NCBI GenBank assembly: GCA_011321815.1
Contig: DROS01000062.1
Coordinates: 27,420 to 91,419 of the forward strand
Direction: 5' to 3'
Length of the DNA stretch: 64,000 nucleotides
DNA from: Gammaproteobacteria bacterium
GTDB taxonomy: Bacteria; Pseudomonadota; Gammaproteobacteria; SZUA-152
Shown: in pieces, positions 1 through 9,315 of the stretch
Numbering within the stretch: the stretch's first letter is position 1
Layout: each line of letters opens with the position of its first letter
Position numbers and translations under genes: made by a program
Notes under the pieces: model-generated
Database searches by the model: none
Seen by the model: the letters and a program-made list of their open reading frames with translations, nothing else
What the model was told of the DNA's origin: nothing

Positions 1-792
1 ATGGCCTGTAGCCATTGTCACAACCTCAACGACAATGGCGCCGACCATCATGCCCATGCGCCAGGGCGTGATGGCACTACTTTAAACGTCAATACCCTGA
101 CTGTTTTCAATAGTGGTTTTAATCATCAACAATTCTGGGATGGCCACGCCCGCACTTTGGAGGAGCAGGTTGATGCCGTGGTCACCAATGCCAAAGAATT
201 TGCCACCACCTGGCCAACAATCATTGGTAAACTGAAACAGGACAAAAGCTATGTCCGCAGTTTTACGAAGCTGTACCCCGATGGCATTACAGCAGACAAC
301 ATCCGTAATGCCATCGCCACCTTTGAGCGCAGCCTGACAACCATCAATTCACCCTTTGACCGTTTTTTACGGGGTGATGCCGATGCCATCAGCCCGGAGG
401 CAAAAGCAGGTTACCGCCTGTTCAAAACCTATGGCTGCGTCGCCTGCCATCAAGGCAGTAACGTGGGCGGCAATCTGTTCGTAAAGCTCGGAGTTTTCAA
501 AGACTATTTTGCCATACGCGGCAACCCCACTCGTGCAGACCTGGGGCGTTTCAATGTCACCGGCAAGGCACAGGATCGCCATGTCTTCCGCGTACCCAGC
601 CTGCGGCTCGCTGCACTCACTCCCCCCTATTTTCATGATGGCAGCGTCACAACACTGGCGGAAGCTGTGAGCTTAATGGCTGAACACCAACTGGGACGTA
701 CAATTCCGGGTCAGGATATCCTGCGCATCGTCACCTTTCTGAAAACCCTGCCGGGTGAATATCGCGGGCAGCCACTGGGACACCAGCCATGA
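1..792 (+). CDS. di-heme cytochrome c peroxidase (CCP/MauG family), 5'-truncated by the window edge
   Basis: Two CxxCH heme motifs (CSHCH at the window start, CVACH mid-protein). Length and C-terminal conservation are typical of bacterial CCP. The stop overlaps the start of the downstream kinase (ATGA). Confidence 0.7.
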   Translation: MACSHCHNLNDNGADHHAHAPGRDGTTLNVNTLTVFNSGFNHQQFWDGHARTLEEQVDAVVTNAKEFATTWPTIIGKLKQDKSYVRSFTKLYPDGITADNIRNAIATFERSLTTINSPFDRFLRGDADAISPEAKAGYRLFKTYGCVACHQGSNVGGNLFVKLGVFKDYFAIRGNPTRADLGRFNVTGKAQDRHVFRVPSLRLAALTPPYFHDGSVTTLAEAVSLMAEHQLGRTIPGQDILRIVTFLKTLPGEYRGQPLGHQP

Positions 793-3700
793 ACAGAAAC
801 TGGATCAAGTTTTTTGTGCTGGGGCTGGGTGCACTACTGCTCATGTCCTTTCTTTACATCAAGACCCAGGCCGTTGACCTTGACAAACATAATCAGGTCA
901 TCAGCCACGCCAACCAGTTCAAGCGAGTGGATGCCATTCTTAACCAGCACATCCTGGAAATACGCCAGGGCCTGCTGCCCTATTACGACCCCACTGTTCA
1001 CAACATAACTGAACTCAAAGAACATCTGGATGCCACCACTGTGATGGCAATGCAGTTGTATCCCGTGCTTCCGGGCAATATCGCACAGCACCTGCAAACA
1101 ACCACCCAGGCACTGGCACAAAAACGAGAGCTGCTTGAAAATTTCAAATCCAGCAATGCGATATTGCGCAACTCACTGCGTTATCTGCCCATCGCAGTCA
1201 CCCGCTTCAATGATCAGCTGCCTTCCAGTGCCACAGCCAACAAACTGAAACAAACCCTGAACACCCTGTTGCGTGATACGCTGGTCAGCAATCTCAACAG
1301 TGATATACCATTCAGTCCCACATTGTTATCCCGTAGTAAAGCACTGAAAACCGCACTAGCCTTTCAGGCGCCTGAATTGCAACAGGAACTGGATGTATTA
1401 CTCGCCCACGTGCGCATTGTGCTCGACAACAAGACACAAACCGATGAGCAAGTGCGGCAATTGCTCATCCTGCCCACAGCGCAAAACATGGATGCTCTGC
1501 TTGTCGCTTATGGTGTCGAGTACGATAAAGTAGTCCAGAGCGCCAATAATTACCGCCTGGCCTTGTACGGACTTTCGCTGCTTTTACTGGTTTACATTGC
1601 AGGTATCCTGCTTCAGCTCAACCGGACCGCTGCCACCCTGCGCCATGCCATTACCGATCTGAACTACCAGAAATTTGCCCTGGATCAGCATGCCATTGTC
1701 AGCATCACTGATCAAAACGGCACCATTACCTACGCCAATCAAAAATTTTGCGATATCAGCCAATATCCAGCAGCAGAACTCATTGGTCAGAATCACCGTA
1801 TTGTAAAATCTGATTACCATCCGCCCGAATTTTTCAAACAATTATGGGACACCATTACCCAAGGCAATGTCTGGCACGGACAAATACAAAACCAGGCCAG
1901 CGACGGCAGCCGCTACTGGACCGACACCACTATCGTGCCGTTCATGGATAACCAGAACAAACCCTATCAATACATTGCCATTCGCACCGACATCAGCGCC
2001 ATAAAACAAACCAAACAGTCCCTGCAACGTCTGAACCGTTCATTGCAAGCGCTCAGTGCCTGCAATGAAAGTCTGGTAAAAGCCACAGACGAAGCAACAT
2101 TGCTACGCAGCATTTGCAACGTTATCGTAAAAGATGCCGGTTATCACCTTGCCTGGGTTGGTTATGCCGGACACGATAAGGAAAAAACCATTCGCCCCGC
2201 AGCACAAGCAGGTTTTGAGCACAATTACCTCGACACTCTGAACCTGACCTGGAGTGACGATATTCAAGGAAGAGGTCCCACTGGCACAGCCATCCGCAAT
2301 GGTGAACTCAACATTATTCGCAATATCACAAATGACTCGCGCTTCACCCCCTGGCGTGATGCCGCAGTAAGATGCGGCTATCGTTCTTCCATTGCACTAC
2401 CACTCAAGGAAAAAAACCAGACCTTTGGCGCACTTAATATTTATGCCAGTGAGGCAGATGCCTTCGATGACGATGAAGTGAAATTTCTACAGGAACTGGC
2501 CCGTAACCTTGCCTATGGCATTACCACCCTGCGTTCATATGAAGAGCGTGAGCTGTTGCAAAAACAACTGCAACACGCTCAAAAAATGGAAGCCATTGGT
2601 CAGCTCTCCGGTGGTATTGCGCATGATTTTAATAATCAGCTCAGCGTCGTCATCGGCTATCTGGATTTTCTGCGCGAGCATTTGAAAGGCACAGGGCAAC
2701 CACAACAATGGGTGGAAATCGCCGCCCGCTCCAGCCTGCGCTGCATTAACCTGACCCGGCAATTACTGGCCTTTTCCCGTCATCAGCTCCGGGAAAAAAC
2801 CGTGGTCAACCTCAATACCACGATCAAAGAAATGAAAACCATGATAGAACGCTCGCTGACCCCGGAAGTCGAAGTACAGTATTTCCTCAACGACGCCCCA
2901 TGGCTGACAGAGATTGACCCTAACGAATTTCAGGATGCCTTACTGAACATGGTCATCAACGCACGGGATGCCATGCCAGCAGGAGGCAAACTGCTGATTG
3001 AAACCAGCAATAAATATCTGGATAACGACTATGTTGCTCTCAACCCCTGGCTTGAGGCGGGTGACTATGTGCAATTGATACTGACTGATACCGGCACCGG
3101 TATGAACAAAGAAACCCTGGAACATGTTTTCGAGCCCTTCTTCACCACCAAACCCAAAAGCAAAGGCACAGGCCTGGGCATGTCCATGGTCTATGGCTTT
3201 GCCAAACGTTACCGTGGCCATATCAAACTCTATTCAGAACCCGGTGTCGGCACCACCATACGCCTGTATCTGCCGCGTACCCACGCCACCAAACCCGCTA
3301 TTGGCGCCCAGGATGCTCGGCCGGCACCACTGGCCACGGGTAACGAATCCATCCTTATCGTTGACGATGAAGTTGATCTGTTGCAACTGGCCGACCAATA
3401 TTTGAAATCACTGGGCTATCGCACACAACAGGCGGAAAACGCCGCACAGGCACTGGAAATCCTCAAAGCCGATAACAACATCGACCTACTGTTCAGTGAT
3501 GTGGTAATGCCCGGAGGCATGAACGGCTACGAACTCGCGCAACAAGCCACGCAACTGGCCCGCTCGCGCAACCTCCCCGAACCCAAAGTGTTACTGACAT
3601 CGGGCTTTACGTCCAAAACCATGGCGCACAATGGCCTCGCCCGGTTTTCCGCCCATTTGCTCAGCAAACCCTATCGCAAACACGACCTGGCCCAACGTAT

Positions 3701-4163
3701 CCGGCTGATACTGGATGAAAAAAAGGTGGATGAAAAAAAAGAAGGTACTGCTCACCGGCAGCAAGCAAGCAGCCCGACGGACACACTTTCCGGCCTCAAC
3801 ATTCTGGTGGTCGACGATGACCAGGACATGCAAAAACTGTTTCAACTCAACCTGGAAAAACTGGGCTGCAACGCTATTCTTGCAGATGATGCTGACAATG
3901 CCATCAGCCTCTATCAAGAATCACTGCACAACAAACAGCCCATTGATATCGCGATCCTCGACCTCACCCTTCCTGGCGGCATAGGTGGCGTTGAAATCGC
4001 CAGCAAATTAAAATCCATAAATTCACAAATAAAAATCATTGTCGCCAGCGGCTACACAGACGGCCCTGAAATGACCCAATACAAAAGATACGGTTTTCAG
4101 GCCGCACTGGAAAAAAACTCCAGCCGGGAAAAAATCCGCCAGGTGCTGGAATGTGTATTGTAG
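789..4163 (+). CDS. hybrid sensor histidine kinase (TM, PAS, GAF, HisKA, HATPase_c, two receiver domains)
   Basis: N-terminal hydrophobic segment. PAS-like SITDQNGTITYANQKF. H-box GGIAHDFNNQLSVV. G-boxes DTGTGM and GTGLGMSMV. Two DD..D receiver cores (ILIVDDEVD and ILVVDDDQD). Translationally coupled to the upstream CCP gene. Confidence 0.85.
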   Translation: MNRNWIKFFVLGLGALLLMSFLYIKTQAVDLDKHNQVISHANQFKRVDAILNQHILEIRQGLLPYYDPTVHNITELKEHLDATTVMAMQLYPVLPGNIAQHLQTTTQALAQKRELLENFKSSNAILRNSLRYLPIAVTRFNDQLPSSATANKLKQTLNTLLRDTLVSNLNSDIPFSPTLLSRSKALKTALAFQAPELQQELDVLLAHVRIVLDNKTQTDEQVRQLLILPTAQNMDALLVAYGVEYDKVVQSANNYRLALYGLSLLLLVYIAGILLQLNRTAATLRHAITDLNYQKFALDQHAIVSITDQNGTITYANQKFCDISQYPAAELIGQNHRIVKSDYHPPEFFKQLWDTITQGNVWHGQIQNQASDGSRYWTDTTIVPFMDNQNKPYQYIAIRTDISAIKQTKQSLQRLNRSLQALSACNESLVKATDEATLLRSICNVIVKDAGYHLAWVGYAGHDKEKTIRPAAQAGFEHNYLDTLNLTWSDDIQGRGPTGTAIRNGELNIIRNITNDSRFTPWRDAAVRCGYRSSIALPLKEKNQTFGALNIYASEADAFDDDEVKFLQELARNLAYGITTLRSYEERELLQKQLQHAQKMEAIGQLSGGIAHDFNNQLSVVIGYLDFLREHLKGTGQPQQWVEIAARSSLRCINLTRQLLAFSRHQLREKTVVNLNTTIKEMKTMIERSLTPEVEVQYFLNDAPWLTEIDPNEFQDALLNMVINARDAMPAGGKLLIETSNKYLDNDYVALNPWLEAGDYVQLILTDTGTGMNKETLEHVFEPFFTTKPKSKGTGLGMSMVYGFAKRYRGHIKLYSEPGVGTTIRLYLPRTHATKPAIGAQDARPAPLATGNESILIVDDEVDLLQLADQYLKSLGYRTQQAENAAQALEILKADNNIDLLFSDVVMPGGMNGYELAQQATQLARSRNLPEPKVLLTSGFTSKTMAHNGLARFSAHLLSKPYRKHDLAQRIRLILDEKKVDEKKEGTAHRQQASSPTDTLSGLNILVVDDDQDMQKLFQLNLEKLGCNAILADDADNAISLYQESLHNKQPIDIAILDLTLPGGIGGVEIASKLKSINSQIKIIVASGYTDGPEMTQYKRYGFQAALEKNSSREKIRQVLECVL

Positions 4164-4352
4164 ATATATTCAATCGTCATATTTTTGCGCACCAAAACCG
4201 GTGAACGGCGGTAACCGCCCCTAAAAAAATTAGTGGCCATAATGAATCTCTTTGGATATTCCGGCACAGGCTCCGCCGGAGTGGTGTTATTCATGTTGAC
4301 ACCCCCGCCAGCCCGCCTTAGCACCGGCTGTTGGCACTACGGGGTAGTTTAT

Positions 4353-5345
4353 TTAGCGTGACATGCTTATTTTTACGTCACTCACCGCTAACGCTTTTTT
4401 GTTACATGGCACAGCCGCTCTCCATGTCATGCTGAGCGTTAACTGGTTCGGTTCAATAACCAATGTTTCCAAATTGAATTGAGGAGAAAGTGAGTTGCCC
4501 ATTATGTTTACATCTGCATGTAACTGAATAAAAGGCAGTTCAAAATTGACAGTGCCACCGGGGTGCATATGGGTAATCTCTACAGACTCTCCACCCTTAA
4601 GAAAACCGGGATAAATCAAATCCGGATGCGCCATACTAAAAAAACGCTTGTCGAAATCCACAGGCAAATAGGGTGCCCGCTGAGCTTGCCAGGCTTCATC
4701 ATAAGTACCGGAAAAACCGGAACGGGGTAACCAGTGCGGACAGACAAACCCAAAACCGGCCGGCATGGGTCGCTGCCCGGTACGGACAATCAGGTTATCC
4801 GGATCTTCCAGATTGGGAAGCGGTATATCATTCATTTCAGATGACTTGCGTTTCCCGGCAAAACCACAGCCAACCGGATTTCGTACTTCTGTTTCCACAA
4901 TCTGTCCATCGACAATGTGCGCCCCGCCAAAAGCCTTTTCATAAACCATGGCCATGGTCCGGAAAGGTTGCGGAGACGAAATCCGTCCATCCTGCCAACA
5001 ACGATCACCAAAGACACGCACCGTTTTATGCACTTTTCCCACTGTCAGGCGGACATCCAACTGGCGCACATCCTTTCCGCCAGGGGCAAAGGCATGACCG
5101 AGCATGATAATGTCACTGCTTAATTTACCAATGTGGTAATCAGAAGCCTGTTTGATACTGGATTCACCCGGCTCACCCCAGTATTCATCACCTTCCAGCG
5201 GCGGTAATTGTTCATCGGCCAGGGTCCATTGCTTACCGATGATAAACGTGGCTTTAACTAACAAATAGAGTGTATCAATGGCCTCTTCATTGGGGAACAG
5301 AGCCATATTGGCGGCGAAAGGTGTGCGGTTATGAAGTTGTAACAT
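4353..5345 (-). CDS. DUF2169-family protein (T6SS VgrG-associated adaptor family); start assigned at internal Met (MLQLHNRTPF)
   Basis: N-terminal NRTPFAA...VKATF signature as remembered for DUF2169. Position immediately downstream of vgrG. The ORF track extends to 5411, but that would overlap the upstream gene. Confidence 0.55.
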   Translation of the reverse strand: MLQLHNRTPFAANMALFPNEEAIDTLYLLVKATFIIGKQWTLADEQLPPLEGDEYWGEPGESSIKQASDYHIGKLSSDIIMLGHAFAPGGKDVRQLDVRLTVGKVHKTVRVFGDRCWQDGRISSPQPFRTMAMVYEKAFGGAHIVDGQIVETEVRNPVGCGFAGKRKSSEMNDIPLPNLEDPDNLIVRTGQRPMPAGFGFVCPHWLPRSGFSGTYDEAWQAQRAPYLPVDFDKRFFSMAHPDLIYPGFLKGGESVEITHMHPGGTVNFELPFIQLHADVNIMGNSLSPQFNLETLVIEPNQLTLSMTWRAAVPCNKKALAVSDVKISMSR

Positions 5346-5370
5346 AAGCGATACGGTAACAGAACCAGTC

Positions 5371-5904
5371 CTAGTTGAGCCGTATCGAACCACCCAGAAT
5401 CCGGTTGACACCGGTTGAGCGCGTTAATAAATTTTTTCCACGGATTAAAATTTTTCCATCACGGGTTAAAATGATGCTTGACTCACCGCATTTCAGGACA
5501 ATTTTCTCTTTGGCCTCAAAAACAATTTTACTGCCGTCAACCATAACGTCATCAACTTTCAGATGCTCTTCCTGCCCGCTTTCAACGGCAACTTCTTCCT
5601 GTCCAAAGTTTTCCAGCATCTCTTGCAAAGGGCTACGGATCATCCCCATGATTACCGGATTTTGCAGATTACCACCTGCAAACAGCAGGGCAACTTGCCG
5701 ACCAATATGTGACCGGGCAAGCTCGAGCGTTGTTATCGCTTTTAATGAATGATCAGATGGATTACCGGAAAATTCGACAAAAGGGTTCCCCAGTTTATCA
5801 ATTGAAACCAAGGTCCCGAGAATAACTTCACCCGGCGCGACAGACAATAACGCAGGCGATGTCTCCTCGACGGGTTGAACTATATATGATTTTTCATCTT
5901 TCAT
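5371..5904 (-). CDS. small hypothetical protein (177 aa) with VgrG/gp5-like C-terminal beta-helix-type segment
   Basis: The C-terminal motif KIVLKCGESSIILTRDGKILIRGKNLL mirrors the VgrG C-terminus in this window (KIVMKNNGDITLSGKTINIKGSGNVVIKG). Lies between vgrG and DUF2169, with a 16 nt gap after vgrG. Confidence 0.5.
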   Translation of the reverse strand: MKDEKSYIVQPVEETSPALLSVAPGEVILGTLVSIDKLGNPFVEFSGNPSDHSLKAITTLELARSHIGRQVALLFAGGNLQNPVIMGMIRSPLQEMLENFGQEEVAVESGQEEHLKVDDVMVDGSKIVFEAKEKIVLKCGESSIILTRDGKILIRGKNLLTRSTGVNRILGGSIRLN

Positions 5905-5920
5905 GATAAATCATTATTCA

Positions 5921-7900
5921 CTAATTGGTAATGACCTTACTTCCTTTAATCACCACATTACCCGATCCCTTGATGTTAATTGTTTTGCCACTCAGAGTGA
6001 TATCACCATTATTCTTCATCACAATTTTTGCGGCCCCGGTTTGAATAATAATTTCATCATCAGCATTCATAGTGATGGTTTTTGCACGCAAGCCATAGTC
6101 TTTTGTGACATCCTCCAGATACTTACCACGAACAGACTCTTTAAGATCCTTGGCAACCGTGATCGTCATGTTGGCCTGGACGGTTTCTTTATGGTCTTTG
6201 CCAACTTCGATGGTTTTGTTGTTTTTTATGGTTTCTGTGTGGTCGTTGCCAACATCAATGGTTTTATTGTTTTTTATCGTTTCCGTCTGATTATTATTAA
6301 CTGTTTTGTTACGATCATTCTCTATTGTTGAGTTTTCATCATTTTTGACAACTTTAGTACGGTCATTATCAACCGTTAAAGTCTCATCATTTTCAACCAT
6401 TGTATCCAGGTTTTTTTCAGCATGGATATAAACCTGTTCCGAGCCTTTTTTATCTTCAAAACGCAGCTCGTTATAATTTGCTGATGTACCACTTTTGGTT
6501 GAATGAGTTTTGATACCGCTTTGTGTTTTTGAGCTATAAGGAGGCTTATTGACGCCATTATAAACCGTTCCGGTCACAATCGGCCGATCAGGATCGCCAT
6601 CAAGAAAAGTGACAATCACTTCGTGGCCAATGCGGGGAATAAAGGACGTTCCCCACCCATTGCCTGCCCAGGTTTGCATCACCCGCAAGAAACAGGAGCT
6701 GTTCTCATCATTTTTCCCTTCGCGATCCCAGATAAACTGGACTTTGATACGGCCAAATTCGTCAATGTAGATTTCTTCACCCGCCGGGCCTGTAACCATT
6801 GCCGACTGTGGCCCTTTCATCACAGGGCGACGATGACCTTGACTGGGACGAAAATGCACGTCAGATGGAATACATTCAAAAGTATTTGCATAACCTGTTG
6901 TGCCACTTGCATCTGCAAAATAGCTGGCATCAGAAGCATGATGCCCAACTTCCACCAAAACATAACCGCCTTGTTCGCTTGCGGCATCGTGTTTATCCAG
7001 ATTGAACAACCCACCGGCAAAAAAGGTGCTACAGTTACTCGCCCCGGCAATTATATTCATGGGCACTTCTTCTGCTTCCATCCGGATTTTAATCAGTTCA
7101 GCACCTGCATCAACATCATACATGCCAGGGTATGCGTAATTTTGAAACTTACCATTATTGGCAAACTTACTTTTTGATTTTGTTTCAACGATTAAATTTT
7201 TAGTGGGCTCTTTAAAATTGTAATCATTTAAAGCCCAGCCACCTTTTCTGAACTCATATTTATGTTCCCATTTCAGAATTTGTTGGTCAGGGGTCGAGCC
7301 TTTTGAATAAGTTAGATTTGTTTCAGCACATTCATTATAAGCATTCGCTTTGTCAACAATAATCAGCGTATGTTTACTTTCTTCGTGGGCAAAATAATAA
7401 GCGTAGCCTTCTTCTTCCAGTAGCCGTGAAACAAATTGCAGATCGCTTTCATCATATTGAACACAATATTCTCTTGGCGCACCACCAGCCGCCCTGAAAT
7501 CAAAATCAGTAAAACCCAGGTCAGCAAACACCTGGCTGACAATATCTTTTGTGTTTTTATTTTGAAAAATACGGCGGTTTTCAGTTTTGGTAAGAAACCA
7601 AAGCCATGGCACCATAACCAACCCATATTCACGAAAGCTGCTGGATGTGATTTCACCAAACGAAAACTGACTTACAACGCCATGAAAAATCCGGCCATGT
7701 TCATTTTGTATTTTAACGGTAATTTGCTTACCGATAAGTTCTTCCGGCTTAATGTCAAGATTTAGAGATAACGCCGTCAGGTAAAACTCAAAGGAAGATG
7801 ATATAGATTCCGTACCATCAAACTTAGTGAGTAAAAGCACGTCTTTGCCCAACGGCGTATCAACCGCGATAAGACGATTATCTTGGGTAAAATCATTCAT
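5921..7900 (-). CDS. vgrG: type VI secretion system spike protein VgrG
   Basis: N-terminal gpD/gp27-like region and gp5-like OB region (VMVPWLWFLTKTE, FIPRIGHEVIVTFLDGDPDRPIVTGTVYNG). C-terminal repetitive beta-helix octapeptide-like repeats. AT-rich. Confidence 0.85.
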   Translation of the reverse strand: MNDFTQDNRLIAVDTPLGKDVLLLTKFDGTESISSSFEFYLTALSLNLDIKPEELIGKQITVKIQNEHGRIFHGVVSQFSFGEITSSSFREYGLVMVPWLWFLTKTENRRIFQNKNTKDIVSQVFADLGFTDFDFRAAGGAPREYCVQYDESDLQFVSRLLEEEGYAYYFAHEESKHTLIIVDKANAYNECAETNLTYSKGSTPDQQILKWEHKYEFRKGGWALNDYNFKEPTKNLIVETKSKSKFANNGKFQNYAYPGMYDVDAGAELIKIRMEAEEVPMNIIAGASNCSTFFAGGLFNLDKHDAASEQGGYVLVEVGHHASDASYFADASGTTGYANTFECIPSDVHFRPSQGHRRPVMKGPQSAMVTGPAGEEIYIDEFGRIKVQFIWDREGKNDENSSCFLRVMQTWAGNGWGTSFIPRIGHEVIVTFLDGDPDRPIVTGTVYNGVNKPPYSSKTQSGIKTHSTKSGTSANYNELRFEDKKGSEQVYIHAEKNLDTMVENDETLTVDNDRTKVVKNDENSTIENDRNKTVNNNQTETIKNNKTIDVGNDHTETIKNNKTIEVGKDHKETVQANMTITVAKDLKESVRGKYLEDVTKDYGLRAKTITMNADDEIIIQTGAAKIVMKNNGDITLSGKTINIKGSGNVVIKGSKVITN

Positions 7901-8251
7901 TAAAATCCCCTAACCCGGAGGCCGACTACATATATAATCTTATACAATTACTTACAATCCAAATTGTCAAGCCAAACACTTTCTTCAGTATCAGTTAAAG
8001 TTGGAGGTATAGTTTTTACACAGACAATTGTATTTTCATTTACCACGCCCAGACATGAGTACATTGTCCATATTATTTTGTCGGATTCAGTTGGCCTGTC
8101 AGTGCTCATGGTAAAACACCACTGCAATGCTGAACCCGTCAAATATTAACGGGCTGATGTGCTGGCTTGGCCTCCTTTGAAATCCATATCAACAGGAAAA
8201 TGTTGTATGCGTAGTGAATTTATATGGAAGCAAAATATGACACAGCAACAG

Positions 8252-8281
8252 TTAATGCTGCTCACAAGTGAGCAGCATTAA
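8252..8281 (-). terminator. rho-independent terminator downstream of hcp
   Basis: Perfect 14 bp inverted repeat TTAATGCTGCTCAC..GTGAGCAGCATTAA, 14 nt after the hcp stop, followed on the minus strand by a U-rich stretch. Confidence 0.6.
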
Positions 8282-8294
8282 CGTCGGTGGTTCT

Positions 8295-8777
8295 TTATAA
8301 CGGTATGGCTTTTGCCAGATCGTAACCAGCACGTTGCGGATTACCCGTTTTGTTGGTTGCGTCGTGATCTTTGTAATTGATCTCACATTTGGAAAAGCTC
8401 AGCATGATTGTTTCCACAGGCTCCGCATCACCGGAGGCCGAAATTTGGTAACTGCTTACCAGACAGTTTTCCAGTGAGTATTCCATAAACTCTTCAACAC
8501 TATCGCTACCGGTGCGGGTAAACTTAAGCACCGCCGTTTTACCGGATGAGCCAGAAACTGACTCTTTGAACAATGCAGCAACAGAATTATCGGCTTCTTT
8601 CGTTAAAGTCACTTCAGAAATATTGGGTTTGCCGACTTCACGGTTAGCCATTTTACCGGCTTCCATAGTGATTGGGCGTGACACACCAAACTCGACAGAA
8701 CTGATTTTGACACATTCTTCAAAACCTTCGGCCGTCACATTCCCCTTAATTCCATCATAATCAAGATATATCGCCAT
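8295..8777 (-). CDS. hcp: type VI secretion system tube protein Hcp (start at MAIYLDY; GGAGAG RBS upstream)
   Basis: About 160 aa Hcp1-family sequence (MAIYLDYDGIKG...KFTRTGSD...EINYKDHDATNKTGN). A GGAGAGAGG Shine-Dalgarno sits 8-12 nt upstream of the internal ATG. Confidence 0.85.
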   Translation of the reverse strand: MAIYLDYDGIKGNVTAEGFEECVKISSVEFGVSRPITMEAGKMANREVGKPNISEVTLTKEADNSVAALFKESVSGSSGKTAVLKFTRTGSDSVEEFMEYSLENCLVSSYQISASGDAEPVETIMLSFSKCEINYKDHDATNKTGNPQRAGYDLAKAIPL

Positions 8778-9315
8778 TTTTACTTTCCTCTCTCCATCCT
8801 GTTTAAACAAAAAATACCCGTAAATCGACTTGCAATAATAGGGTAGTTGTTAGCGCTGGACAACCAATATTCTGTTGCAAACCGCATGTTTTCAAGCGTT
8901 TATACTGAGTCGCCTAACATAGTTTATCATTTTGTGCTCTGCCCATCTCGTCTTCTCGCCAAACCGAACATGACCCTGAGCAATCCTGGCATTTTAGAAC
9001 GAGTATACATACCCTTTCCAGCAGCGACACGCATGATACCGCTTCATTGTAATGAAGTTTCCGAATATTTATGTGACATATTCACACAAGGCTGTATTTT
9101 TCTTTATTTTCAACTAGAACAATGGGTTAAATTGCATTTTATGGCCAACTCGCCACTACACACACGCTCAATGTTGGAAAAACGGTCGCTATTTGTTAAC
9201 CAAACGCATTCGATATACCGTTTCTGCTCAGGTGACGTGAATGTAAATGGGTGGTTTTTACAGTACCGCCGTCAGGCAAACCTAAACACAAACTGAACGG
9301 CAGCGGCGCATTTGC

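Noticed and set aside
4164-4352. Direct repeat of the tRNA-Pro 3' end marking the distal island border
   Set aside because: No convincing match to TGGTCGGGGCGAGAGGATTTGAACC was found by eye in this interval. The island boundary therefore remains compositional only.
8778-8900. Sigma-54 (-24/-12) promoter upstream of hcp
   Set aside because: Candidate GG/GC elements did not have the required 10 bp spacing on the correct strand.
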